NCBI GenBank assembly: GCA_014237925.1
Contig: JABACB010000002.1
Location: 62,028-124,817, forward strand
Source: Alphaproteobacteria bacterium
GTDB taxonomy: Bacteria; Pseudomonadota; Alphaproteobacteria; JABAAW01
Direction: 5' to 3'
Length of the DNA stretch: 62,790 nt
Positions 1 to 8,678 of the stretch are shown in pieces. Position 1 is the first letter of the stretch. Each line of letters starts with the position of its first letter. Below the pieces are notes generated by a model. That model saw nothing but the letters and a program-made list of their open reading frames with translations. It did not search any database and had not been told where the DNA came from. Position numbers and translations under genes: made by a program.

Positions 1-90
1 GCCAACACTCGAAAAAAACAGGTGGAAAGAAACCTTGACAGAAACCTTGACGGCGATCTTCTCGCCGCGCAAACGAACGACGCAAAATAG
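1..90 (+). CDS. 3' tail of an upstream gene, probably cytochrome c oxidase subunit II (partial)
   Basis: Frame 1 is open to TAG at 88-90 (ANTRKKQVERNLDRNLDGDLLAAQTNDAK*). Identity rests only on its position before coxA. Confidence 0.3.
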   Translation, partial: ANTRKKQVERNLDRNLDGDLLAAQTNDAK

Positions 91-116
91 AGCGCAAAAT
101 AGAGCGCAAAATAAAG
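81..116. repeat. 12-bp tandem repeat x3 (CGCAAAATAGAG) containing the upstream stop codon
   Basis: Read directly: 81-92, 93-104, 105-116. Confidence 0.9.
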
Positions 117-135
117 CATAGGAGTAGAGAGTAGA

Positions 136-1779
136 ATGGCAAGCATCACCATGAACGGAAAGAAAGGAACGAAGGCTTCGGGTAAGAAAGCCTCCGCTTC
201 TGCAGAGCATCGCCCCTACGGTATCGGACGCTGGCTTTTCTCGACGAACCACAAGGATATCGGAACGATGTATTTGGTCTTCGCCATCATGGCGGGATTG
301 ATCGGCGGTGGTATCTCTTTTCTCATGCGCTTGGAGCTGCAACAGCCCGGCGTGCAATACTTCCTCGGTGCCGGCGATCCCGACGGACACATGTGGAATG
401 TGTTCATCACCGCGCACGGCTTGATCATGGTCTTTTTCACTGTCATGCCCGCCTTGATCGGAGGGTTCGGCAATTGGTTCGTCCCCCTCATGATCGGCGC
501 GCCCGACATGGCTTTCCCGCGCATGAACAACATCAGTTTTTGGCTGCTCGTTCCCGCCTTTCTGCTGTTGCTGCTTTCTCTTTTTGTAGGCGGCGCAGGC
601 ACGGGTTGGACGCTCTATCCCCCCCTGTCTGGTACGCTCGGACATTCGAATCCTTCCGTGGATCTCGCCATCGTCGCCATGCACTTGGCGGGGATCTCCT
701 CCATTCTCGGCGCCATCAACTTCATCGTCACCATCTTCAACATGCGCGCGCCAGGCATGACGCTTCGTGTTCTGCCCCTCTTCGCATGGGGCCTGCTGAT
801 AACAGCTTTCCTGCTCATTATGGTCATGCCCGTCTTCGGCGGCGCGATCACGATGCTGCTCGCCGATCGCAACTTTGCGACAGCCTTCTTCGTGCCTGAG
901 GGCGGCGGAGACCCGCTTCTGTTTCAACACCTGTTTTGGTTTTTCGGACACCCCGAAGTCTACATCATGATCCTGCCCGCCTTCGGCATCATCAGCCATA
1001 TCGTCTCGACCTTCTCGCGCAAGCCCATCTTTGGTTATCTCGGCATGGTCTCTGCCATGGTCGCCATCGGATTCTTGGGATGCATCGTTTGGGCGCACCA
1101 TATGTTCACCGTCGGCATGGGATTTTTTCTCAAGCTCTACTTCAGCGTCGGAACGATGATCATCGCCGTGCCGACGGGCATCAAGATTTTCAGCTGGCTC
1201 GCCACCATGTGGGGCGGATCGATCCGATTCTCCGTGCCGATGTTGTGGGCGCTCGGCTTCATCGGTCTCTTCACCATCGGCGGCGTGACGGGGGTCGTCC
1301 TTGCGCTCGGAGGCGTCGATGTGCAGCTGCACGACACCTACTATGTCGTCGGACACTTCCACTATGTTCTCAGCCTTGGCTCGGTGTTCGCCGTCTTCGG
1401 CGGCTTCTACTATTGGTTTACCAAGATGAGCGGCTGCGTCATTCCTGAGTGGGCAGGCAAGCTGCATTTTTGGACAACCTTCCTCGGCGTGAACATAGCC
1501 TTCTTCCCGATGCACTTCTTGGGACTGGCGGGCATGCCGCGCCGCTACATCGATTACAACGAAGCTTATGCGGGATGGAACGCGGTCGCTTCCTACGGCA
1601 GCTATCTTTCTGCCACCTCCACATTGTTCTTCGTGACGACCGTTGTCGTCGCTCTGTTGCGCGGCAAGCGGAAGGTCGCCGACAATTATTGGGGAGCGGG
1701 CGCGACCACGCTGGAGTGGACGGTCTCGACACCGCCGCCTTTCCACAGCTTTTCGACGCCGCCGCGCATTTCGCGCTGA
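136..1779 (+). CDS. coxA: Cytochrome c oxidase subunit I (aa3 type)
   Basis: [23 protein letters not shown] and HFHYV heme/CuB ligand motifs; AGGAG upstream. Confidence 0.98.
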   Translation: MASITMNGKKGTKASGKKASASAEHRPYGIGRWLFSTNHKDIGTMYLVFAIMAGLIGGGISFLMRLELQQPGVQYFLGAGDPDGHMWNVFITAHGLIMVFFTVMPALIGGFGNWFVPLMIGAPDMAFPRMNNISFWLLVPAFLLLLLSLFVGGAGTGWTLYPPLSGTLGHSNPSVDLAIVAMHLAGISSILGAINFIVTIFNMRAPGMTLRVLPLFAWGLLITAFLLIMVMPVFGGAITMLLADRNFATAFFVPEGGGDPLLFQHLFWFFGHPEVYIMILPAFGIISHIVSTFSRKPIFGYLGMVSAMVAIGFLGCIVWAHHMFTVGMGFFLKLYFSVGTMIIAVPTGIKIFSWLATMWGGSIRFSVPMLWALGFIGLFTIGGVTGVVLALGGVDVQLHDTYYVVGHFHYVLSLGSVFAVFGGFYYWFTKMSGCVIPEWAGKLHFWTTFLGVNIAFFPMHFLGLAGMPRRYIDYNEAYAGWNAVASYGSYLSATSTLFFVTTVVVALLRGKRKVADNYWGAGATTLEWTVSTPPPFHSFSTPPRISR

Positions 1780-1784
1780 CCCGA

Positions 1785-2765
1785 ATGGCGAGCGCGAGCC
1801 GTTCTTCCCGTCCTCTTACCTTGGAGGCACCCGTAGCGGCGGGGTTGCGCGTCCCTTCTGCTCGACCCTCCGAGGTCGGAGATTTCCTCGCGCTCACCAA
1901 GCCGCGCATTCTGTTGCTGACAACCTTCACCGCCGCCTGCGGCATGGTGCTGGCGGACGGCGGCAACCACATTGTTTTGAACATCATCGCCTTGCTCGCC
2001 GTCGCCATGGGAGCAGGGGGGGCTGCCGCCTTCAACATGTGGTACGACCGCGACATCGACCGACTCATGCTACGCACGCGCGCAAGAGCGGTCGCTTGTG
2101 GAACGATCGCGCCTTCCGATGCGTTTGTGTTCGCTATGATCCTCTCGCTACTGGCGTTCGCCTTGCTGGGGCTTGCAGGGGGGTGGGGGGCGGCGCTGTT
2201 GCTGGGCTGCACAATTCTCTTCTATTCGGTTTTCTACACGATGTTTCTGAAACGGCGCACCGTCTTCAACACCGTCGTCGGAGGTACTGCGGGTGCAGCA
2301 CCGCCCTTGATCGGATGGCTTGCCGCTTCCCCTTCGTCGCAGGCGAGTTTTCTCGATCCTCTCTTGCTGTGTGTGCTGATCTTCCTATGGACACCGCCGC
2401 ATTCGTGGGCATTGGCGCTCTTACGCCGCGACGATTACAAACGTGCGCGGCTGCCTGTGCTGCCTGTCGTGTATGGAGAAAAAAAGACCAAGCGGCAAAT
2501 CTTCCTCTACTCTCTGACGCTCCTGCCGCTCGCGCCAGCCTTCGCTTGGCTTGGAGGCGCGAGCTGGATCTACGGCGGAATCGCCCTTGTTCTCTCGTTG
2601 CGCTTCGTCTTCTATGCGTTCATGACGAACAGCAAAAAAGAAACCTCCTTACGCTCTGCAGGAGCCTTGTTCGGCTTTTCTATCGTCTATATGGTTTTGA
2701 TGTTCGCCTTGCGCATCGTCGACCATGTTGCGTTGCAGCAGAGCTGGCACTGGTTTTCGTTCTGA
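1785..2765 (+). CDS. ctaB: Protoheme IX farnesyltransferase (heme o synthase)
   Basis: ALTKPR, NMWYDRDIDRLMLRTRAR, LKRRT, FLWTPPH and DDYKRARLPVLP motifs. Start set at ATG 1785 inside ORF 1449..2765. Confidence 0.95.
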   Translation: MASASRSSRPLTLEAPVAAGLRVPSARPSEVGDFLALTKPRILLLTTFTAACGMVLADGGNHIVLNIIALLAVAMGAGGAAAFNMWYDRDIDRLMLRTRARAVACGTIAPSDAFVFAMILSLLAFALLGLAGGWGAALLLGCTILFYSVFYTMFLKRRTVFNTVVGGTAGAAPPLIGWLAASPSSQASFLDPLLLCVLIFLWTPPHSWALALLRRDDYKRARLPVLPVVYGEKKTKRQIFLYSLTLLPLAPAFAWLGGASWIYGGIALVLSLRFVFYAFMTNSKKETSLRSAGALFGFSIVYMVLMFALRIVDHVALQQSWHWFSF

Positions 2766-2771
2766 CGGGCT

Positions 2772-2912
2772 ATGAGAGACGAAGGGCAGGGTAAAAAAGA
2801 CAATCGCGTGCGCTGGACAGAAAGCAGGCGGCGTAAGAACAGAGCCTTGCTGGCTTTGCTGTTGTTGTTCGTCGCGGTGGTCTATGCCTTGTCGATCGTC
2901 AAGTATTTGTGA
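2772..2912 (+). CDS. Small membrane protein (46 aa) between ctaB and ctaG, CoxF-like
   Basis: Hand translation MRDEGQGKKDNRVRWTESRRRKNRALLALLLLFVAVVYALSIVKYL*. Basic patch then one TM helix; GTGA overlap with ctaG. Confidence 0.75.
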   Translation: MRDEGQGKKDNRVRWTESRRRKNRALLALLLLFVAVVYALSIVKYL

Positions 2913-3571
2913 TCCCAAGCTTTGTGTTTGGCATTGTACTGGAAGTTGTGACGACAAGATTCGGCAAGCGAGCGAGGGGTGAGGGCGAGCGGAAAAGGCT
3001 GGGTTTCCGCAACCGTCGTCTTGCACGAAATCTCGTTTTTTTTGGCGTTTTCATGCTGGCGTTGAGCTTTGCTTCTGTTCCGCTGTACGATCTTTTTTGT
3101 CGCACGACGGGCTTCGGCGGCAAGACGCAGCAAAGCAGTTTGCAGGAGCTGCTTGGGTTGGCAAAGCGAGAAGCGGCGCAGACGATCAATGTACGCTTCG
3201 ACGGCAATGTCAATGGTCTCGACTGGCAATTCGCGCCCTCGCAGAGAGAGATGGAAGTTGCTTTCGGCGAGCTGTACGAAACTTTCTACACGGCGGAAAA
3301 TCTCTCCTCGCGTGCGCTTGCGGGTGTTGCCACCTACAATGTCACGCCTGCGAAGGCGGGCGCGTATTTTCACAAGGTCGAGTGTTTCTGCTTTGTCGAA
3401 CAGACCTTGCTGCCGAAAGAGAAGGTTCGGATGAAGGTGGTGTTTTTCCTCGATCCCGCGCTTCGCGACCACAAGGAATGGGATACCTTCGATACGGTCA
3501 CGCTTTCATACAGCTTTTTTCCGCAAACTCTTGACGATGAGGCTCTTGACGATGAGGTTGTTGACGATTAG
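2909..3571 (+). CDS. ctaG: Cytochrome c oxidase copper chaperone CtaG/Cox11
   Basis: ASVPLYDLFCRTTGFGG, YNVTP and YFHKVECFCF motifs. Confidence 0.96.
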   Translation: MIPSFVFGIVLEVVTTRFGKRARGEGERKRLGFRNRRLARNLVFFGVFMLALSFASVPLYDLFCRTTGFGGKTQQSSLQELLGLAKREAAQTINVRFDGNVNGLDWQFAPSQREMEVAFGELYETFYTAENLSSRALAGVATYNVTPAKAGAYFHKVECFCFVEQTLLPKEKVRMKVVFFLDPALRDHKEWDTFDTVTLSYSFFPQTLDDEALDDEVVDD

Positions 3572-3643
3572 GAATGGCTTTTGGATGCGCTTTTCGCGTA
3601 GAATCCTCGATAGGATGGAACGCTTTTCATAGGATGGGATGTC

Positions 3644-4465
3644 ATGGCTAAGCCTTCGCACGACTATCATTTGGTGGAACCCAGCCCTTGGCCTGTGCTG
3701 GGTGCACTCGCGGGCTTTGTGTTCATGGGAGGCTTCATTCTCTACCTGCATCCTTCTGTGCTGGGAGAGCCGAGCGCTCCGATGTTGGAGAAATGGGGCG
3801 GGGGGTTGCTGCTTCCTGGGCTCTTCCTGATCCTGCTAACGATGGCGCTGTGGTGGCGTGATGTCATCGCCGAGGCGCACAGCGGGGACCACAAACCCGT
3901 CGTCCAGCTGGGGTTGCGCTACGGCATGGCGCTCTTCATTTTTTCCGAAGTGATGTTCTTCGTCGCCTTCTTTTGGGCTTTCTTCAACGCTGCGTTCTTC
4001 CCGACCGAGCAGATGGGAGGCATCTGGCCGCCTGAGGGAATTCGTCCCTTCGACGCTTTCGGACTGCCCTTCACCAATACGGTCGTCTTGTTGCTGTCGG
4101 GAACGACCGCCACTTGGGCGCATCATGCGCTTGTCGAAGGCGATCGAGCAGGTCTCATCAAAGGTTTGTCGATCACGATCGCTTTGGGCATCCTGTTTAC
4201 CGCCTTGCAAGCGTACGAGTATGCGCACGCCGCCTTCGCCTTGGAGGACGGGATCTACGGCTCGACCTTCTACATGGCGACAGGTTTCCACGGGCTGCAT
4301 GTCATCATCGGCACGATCTTTCTGATCGTCTGCCTCTACCGCGCCTTGCACGAAGATTTCACGCCGCAACAGCACTTCGGCTTCGAAGCCGCCGTCTGGT
4401 ACTGGCAGTTCGTCGATGCCGTGTGGCTTTTCCTCTTCGTCTGCGTCTATTGGTGGGGCGCGTAG
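3644..4465 (+). CDS. coxC: Cytochrome c oxidase subunit III
   Basis: HDYHLVEPSPWP, FIFSEVMFF and FYMATGFHGLHV motifs. Confidence 0.97.
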   Translation: MAKPSHDYHLVEPSPWPVLGALAGFVFMGGFILYLHPSVLGEPSAPMLEKWGGGLLLPGLFLILLTMALWWRDVIAEAHSGDHKPVVQLGLRYGMALFIFSEVMFFVAFFWAFFNAAFFPTEQMGGIWPPEGIRPFDAFGLPFTNTVVLLLSGTTATWAHHALVEGDRAGLIKGLSITIALGILFTALQAYEYAHAAFALEDGIYGSTFYMATGFHGLHVIIGTIFLIVCLYRALHEDFTPQQHFGFEAAVWYWQFVDAVWLFLFVCVYWWGA

Positions 4466-4509
4466 AACCACGCAGACAGAACGCGGAGGACTAGCGCTTT
4501 TGTGGAGGG

Positions 4510-5274
4510 CTAGCGCTTTTGTGCGTTGCTCTTGCTGGTTCTTGTTCTTCGGTCTATTCTTTTGCTCGCGTCCTTGCGGACGAAAAGCATGCCTGTTTCG
4601 CGCATGAAGTCGCGTCTCATCGAGCTGCGTTCTCTCAGAAGTCGCGTGTTTGTCTTGTCGAAGGCGAAGTCGTATTTTTTGAAAACTCCGATCCAATAGG
4701 CTTGATCGCGGCAGTTGACATGGTGGAAGCCCAGCTGCCCAGGAGGAGCGGCGGTGCATACAACCCTTTTTGCCAAGCGAAAGGCAGACATGTAAAGGGG
4801 TTGGTGTCGCTCTTCGACATGTTCGAGAAACTCGACCGACCAGCAGAGGTCGAATTCTCTGGCGCAAGAGAACTTTCCCTTCGTGAAGTCGTGCAAGAAG
4901 AAAAAGGGTTCGGAAAATTTCAGCGTGTGGTCGCCGTCGACACCGAAAGCCTCGATTTCGAGGCGGCGAGCAATGCGCACCTGCTTGCCGGGACCGCAAC
5001 CCACATCGAGCATGGATTCAACGCCCAAGGTTTCTTTCAGAAAAACTAACGCTCCCTTGTCGACATTCGTAAAGCCGAAGTGTCCGCCCAAGTGAGCCGC
5101 CAGTCGCCCTTGCGCGATGGCTTCCGAGTGTCTGTCGAACTCACGAGAGAAGAAATCGCTCACGACGCTGACGACGCGGCGCAACGGCAAGAAAAGCCAA
5201 AACAGAAGCCCTTTGCCGGAGGGAGATGTTTTCGACGAAGAGGACTTTTTGCTCCAGACCCACAAAAAATTCAT
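4510..5274 (-). CDS. Class I SAM-dependent methyltransferase, substrate unknown
   Basis: MLDVGCGPG motif I, GVDGD, FDLCWSVEFLEHVEE, GFHHVNC..YW. Start at 5274 or 5340. Confidence 0.8.
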   Translation of the reverse strand: MNFLWVWSKKSSSSKTSPSGKGLLFWLFLPLRRVVSVVSDFFSREFDRHSEAIAQGRLAAHLGGHFGFTNVDKGALVFLKETLGVESMLDVGCGPGKQVRIARRLEIEAFGVDGDHTLKFSEPFFFLHDFTKGKFSCAREFDLCWSVEFLEHVEERHQPLYMSAFRLAKRVVCTAAPPGQLGFHHVNCRDQAYWIGVFKKYDFAFDKTNTRLLRERSSMRRDFMRETGMLFVRKDASKRIDRRTRTSKSNAQKR

Positions 5275-5416
5275 GATACCGCCGGATTTCAACACGATGC
5301 GGTTATAGACGAAACGAATAAAAGCTGTGTAAAGCACCAATCGAACCCTTTTTGTGGTCAGCAGAAATTTCGCTTATGCTAGCATGAAGGCAGGTTGAAC
5401 AAATTTTTTCTCCAAG

Positions 5417-6337
5417 GTGTCCGTGATGAGTCTGCGTAGCTGGCTGTTGTTGTTGGGCTTGAGTTGCTGTTGGGGCAGCTCTTTTTTGATGATCGACGTT
5501 GCACTCGATGCGTTTTCTCCGATAGCGATCGCCTTCTTGCGAATCGCCTTAGGAGCAATGTTTCTTTGGGCTATCGTTTTCGCTCGCGGTTTGCGCGTGC
5601 CGCGAAGCCTTCGTCTTCTCTGCGGCATGGGAGTGGGAGGCGTTCTGATCACCTCTCTGCCGTTCACGCTCATCGCTTGGGGGCAGCAGCAGATCGATTC
5701 GGGACTGACCGCCGTTCTCAACGCGACGACCGCCATCTTCGGAACCTTGCTGGCAGCACTTCTCTTCAAGGACGAACGTTTGACCACACCCAAAGCGTTC
5801 GGCGTTGCAACGGGATTTTGCGGGGTTGTCGTCGTCATCGGAATCGAGAGCTTGCAACATCTCGATATCACGAGCCTTGCCCAATACGCCGTCCTTGTCG
5901 CTGCGGTCAGCTACGCTTTCGGCGGCGCGAGCGGAAAAATTCTGATGCGGGAAGGCTCTCCCGTCGTCCATGCAGCGGGCACGACCACTTGCGGCGCGCT
6001 CCTTCTTTTGCCCTTCGTCGCCTTACAACCCGCAGGCTTGCAAGATTTGTTAGCCGTCGATATTCGTTCGACGGTTGCCGTTTTGTGGCTAGGCATCGTT
6101 TCGACGGCGATAGCCTATCTGTTCTATTACAACCTTTTGCGCGCGGCGGGTGTCGCCAACCTTTTGCTATGCACCTTGATTATTGCGCCGATAGCAATCG
6201 CTCTGGGAGCATTCTTCTTGGACGAGGCTCTCACTCTTCAGGTTTGGGGCGGGTTCGCGCTCATCGCCTTCGGGCTTGTGCTCATCGATGGCAGGGCGAC
6301 GCGTGCCGTTCTTTCGCACGAAAGGGCAAGGTCGTAG
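5417..6337 (+). CDS. DMT/EamA family transporter
   Basis: About 10 TM helices; WGSSF, SGLTAVLNATT and GIVSTAIAYLFYY motifs. Confidence 0.92.
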   Translation: MSVMSLRSWLLLLGLSCCWGSSFLMIDVALDAFSPIAIAFLRIALGAMFLWAIVFARGLRVPRSLRLLCGMGVGGVLITSLPFTLIAWGQQQIDSGLTAVLNATTAIFGTLLAALLFKDERLTTPKAFGVATGFCGVVVVIGIESLQHLDITSLAQYAVLVAAVSYAFGGASGKILMREGSPVVHAAGTTTCGALLLLPFVALQPAGLQDLLAVDIRSTVAVLWLGIVSTAIAYLFYYNLLRAAGVANLLLCTLIIAPIAIALGAFFLDEALTLQVWGGFALIAFGLVLIDGRATRAVLSHERARS

Positions 6338-6389
6338 AGGAAGGGGGATTTTTATAGCGGGGCAGGAGATAACGGAGAGATAACGGAGA

Positions 6390-6463
6390 TAGCGGAGGAG
6401 GGATTTGAACCCCCGACACACGGATTATGATTCCGTTGCTCTAACCAACTGAGCTACTCCGCC
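6390..6463 (-). tRNA. tRNA-Met(CAT), elongator type, CCA not encoded
   Basis: GGCGGAGTAGCTCAGTTGGTTAGAGCAACGGAATCATAATCCGTGTGTCGGGGGTTCAAATCCCTCCTCCGCTA; anticodon stem ACGGA/TCCGT. Confidence 0.93.
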
Positions 6464-6507
6464 AACGAGCTGCGCCACCGATCCTTTCGTGCGTCTTGCG
6501 CGTCAAG

Positions 6508-7068
6508 TCAAGGCAGGCAACGCTCGATCCACACATCGTAGATCGGATGATCCATCGCGCTCAAGGAGGGATATTGTGCGTACATCCAGCCTTTAAACAA
6601 GATGCCTTCTTCGCGCTCCGAGATCGACAAGAGTGCGGCGGAATCCTCAAAGTGCGGATGGAGGATGCGCGCGCAAGAAACCAGGCGAATCGAGAGCGTC
6701 TCGAAGGTCAGACTACGCCCTACAGGAGCGCGCAGCTTCTTTGCCTGCCCTGAGCGTTTGTTCAGTCCGATCAGAAATGCGCTCGACGATTCTTTAATGC
6801 GTCGCTCGACATCGAACGACGCTGCGTTGTCTTCGTCGCTTGACTCTTGTCCTGACGCGAGGCGAGGGAGGGTGATGGTAGCGAGGAAGGCAACGAGGAA
6901 GGCAGCGAGAAAGGCAACGAGGAAGACAAAAGGAATCGCGCAAGGAATCGCTATACCATTCCCTTGAGCGAGCGTGCGTTCTCTTCCCGCCTGTCTGTTG
7001 GGTTGTCTTTTGCGCGAAGTTTGTCTGCGTTGTGCAGGCAGTCTTTGTTGCGCGCGCGGAAGCGTCAT
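6508..7068 (-). CDS. DUF2155-family exported protein (true start probably downstream of 7068)
   Basis: LFKGWMYAQYPSLSAMDHPIYDVWIERC C-terminus; usual position after mlaD. Confidence 0.8.
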   Translation of the reverse strand: MTLPRAQQRLPAQRRQTSRKRQPNRQAGRERTLAQGNGIAIPCAIPFVFLVAFLAAFLVAFLATITLPRLASGQESSDEDNAASFDVERRIKESSSAFLIGLNKRSGQAKKLRAPVGRSLTFETLSIRLVSCARILHPHFEDSAALLSISEREEGILFKGWMYAQYPSLSAMDHPIYDVWIERCLP

Positions 7069-7511
7069 CGCGCTTGCTCGCCTACGACGAAGACGGCGCG
7101 TTCCAAAATTTCTTCGAAGGTGAGTTCGCTTCGCGTGGAGACGACGCGGTCGCCGCTTTGCAGGGCGGTCGCCTCTTTGCCTGGAATCACGCTGAGGTAG
7201 GCTTCGCCCAGCAGCAGGGGGCTTTGTGCGACCAGCGTGCTGTCGAAGGGCAGGCGCAGCGAGTCTTTGAGGGTGAGGGTGACGACAGCCTCGAAGACGA
7301 TCGGGTCGATATGGACGCGTACAACCTTTCCGACAACGACGCCGTTCAGGCGCACTTCGCTACCGCGCACGATGCCGCGGCTGGAGGGAAAGTGTGCCGT
7401 GAGGGTTTGGTCGCCTTCGTGCGATTCTTCGCCCAAAGCGTAGAGGAAGAAGCCCGTCGCGCAGGCGAGGGCGACGGTGCCTGCGATCAGTTCAAACCAG
7501 CTGTGTTTCAT
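7065..7511 (-). CDS. mlaD: MlaD/MCE family protein
   Basis: N-terminal TM, GIVRGSEVRLNGVVVGKV, LLGEAYLSVIPG. Confidence 0.9.
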   Translation of the reverse strand: MKHSWFELIAGTVALACATGFFLYALGEESHEGDQTLTAHFPSSRGIVRGSEVRLNGVVVGKVVRVHIDPIVFEAVVTLTLKDSLRLPFDSTLVAQSPLLLGEAYLSVIPGKEATALQSGDRVVSTRSELTFEEILERAVFVVGEQAR

Positions 7512-8053
7512 TGTTCTCTGGCGGGGGTTTTTTGGGGGGAAGCGGCTTTTTGCGAGATGTTGCGTTCTGCGCGTTCGACGATCGTTGTGATCAGTCGGGG
7601 CAGTTCGATGGGTTCGCGCGTAAAGGAGAAGAAGTCGCCTTCTTGCAGGGATTGTTCTTCGCCGCCCGGCAAGATGACGAGTACCATGCTTCCGGAGAGG
7701 TCTTGGGCGCGGATGACGGCGGAGCTGTCAGAAGGAATTTCGAGGCTGTTGTCGACGGCGAGTTGCACGCGTACGTTTAGCGAGGGTTTTTGCAGCGAGA
7801 CTTTCGTGACTTTTCCGATGGCAACCCCTCCGAGGGTTATGGGGTTTCCTGGGCGCAGTCCTTGTATTTTGAGGAAGTCGGCGAACAAAGTAATGGATCG
7901 GTTGGCGGCATCGGTTCTGTCGGCGCGGTAGGAGTGGGCGAGCAGCAGCGCGAAGGCGAGGAGGGTGACGGCTCCGTAGAGGCGGTGTCGGATGCGCTGT
8001 CGTTTTGCAAGCGTGGCGGCTGCGGAGTGTTGCGGGGGGCTTGGGTTTGTCAC
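7508..8053 (-). CDS. Second MlaD/MCE family protein
   Basis: QGLRPGNPITLGGVAIGKV, IPSDSSAVI, ILPGG. Start set at in-frame GTG 8053. Confidence 0.8.
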   Translation of the reverse strand: MTNPSPPQHSAAATLAKRQRIRHRLYGAVTLLAFALLLAHSYRADRTDAANRSITLFADFLKIQGLRPGNPITLGGVAIGKVTKVSLQKPSLNVRVQLAVDNSLEIPSDSSAVIRAQDLSGSMVLVILPGGEEQSLQEGDFFSFTREPIELPRLITTIVERAERNISQKAASPQKTPAREQ

Positions 8054-8102
8054 AAGGCGGAAACAGAGGTTTGCGTTAGGGGCTGGCGTTAGGGGTTTGG
8101 CG

Positions 8103-8456
8103 TTAAGGGGAGGAGGGGGGAGACCAGGCTTGGTAGGGTTTGGGGGGTTGGTGTCTTTTGGGAGAGACGGCTTGGGGGGTTCCCGTGGGATTGGGGTTAT
8201 GGGGTTTTTGCCAGGCGTGTCGGAGGCGGGGGGCAGAGGATTGGTTGGGGGGGGTCTTGGTGGTGTGATGAATCCAGGCGTGCCAGGCGGCGGGGATGGC
8301 GCTGGCATCTTCGTTTTTTTTGTTGTAGACGACCCATCGGCGGGGGTGGCGGGGATTTTTTGGGGATTTTTCTTCAAAGTAGCGGTTGTTCAGAGAGTCG
8401 CGTCCGACGGGGCGACCGTGCAGGAGGGTTTGGAGAAGGATTGCGGCGGTAGGCAT
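8103..8456 (-). CDS. NADH:ubiquinone oxidoreductase subunit NDUFA12 family protein
   Basis: GRDSLNNRYF, RRWVVY, ASAIPAAWHAWIHHT, WQKPHNPNPTGT, YQAWSP. Confidence 0.92.
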   Translation of the reverse strand: MPTAAILLQTLLHGRPVGRDSLNNRYFEEKSPKNPRHPRRWVVYNKKNEDASAIPAAWHAWIHHTTKTPPNQSSAPRLRHAWQKPHNPNPTGTPQAVSPKRHQPPKPYQAWSPPSSP

Positions 8457-8603
8457 GGCGGAGAGTGTAGCAGAGTTTGCTCATAGAACGGGCTTTTTAC
8501 GGACAAAAAGGCGCTATGTCTGTTGCGCGCGCGCGCGATAGCGCTTTCTACGCACGAGTGCCTCGTTCCCGTTTGCGAAATCGGCGAGGAGATTAAAAAA
8601 AAT

Positions 8604-8612
8604 TGTGGATAA
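8604..8612. promoter_or_regulatory. Perfect DnaA box upstream of nrdJ
   Basis: TGTGGATAA, the reverse complement of TTATCCACA, in the divergent nrdJ/NDUFA12 spacer. Confidence 0.6.
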
Positions 8613-8678
8613 GAAAATGAGCCTCCAAAACGAGCTTATACTGCCTCTGGCTACTCACCTCCAACCCTTCCCTCTCCC

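Noticed and set aside
4483-4490. GCGGAGGA as an attR copy of the tRNA-Met 3' end
   Set aside because: Only an 8-bp match and no integrase; chance is likely.
8054-8377. Pro-rich N-terminal extension of the second MlaD (ORF 7508..8377)
   Set aside because: It is an alternative frame of the C-rich NDUFA12 gene, a by-product of the local skew.
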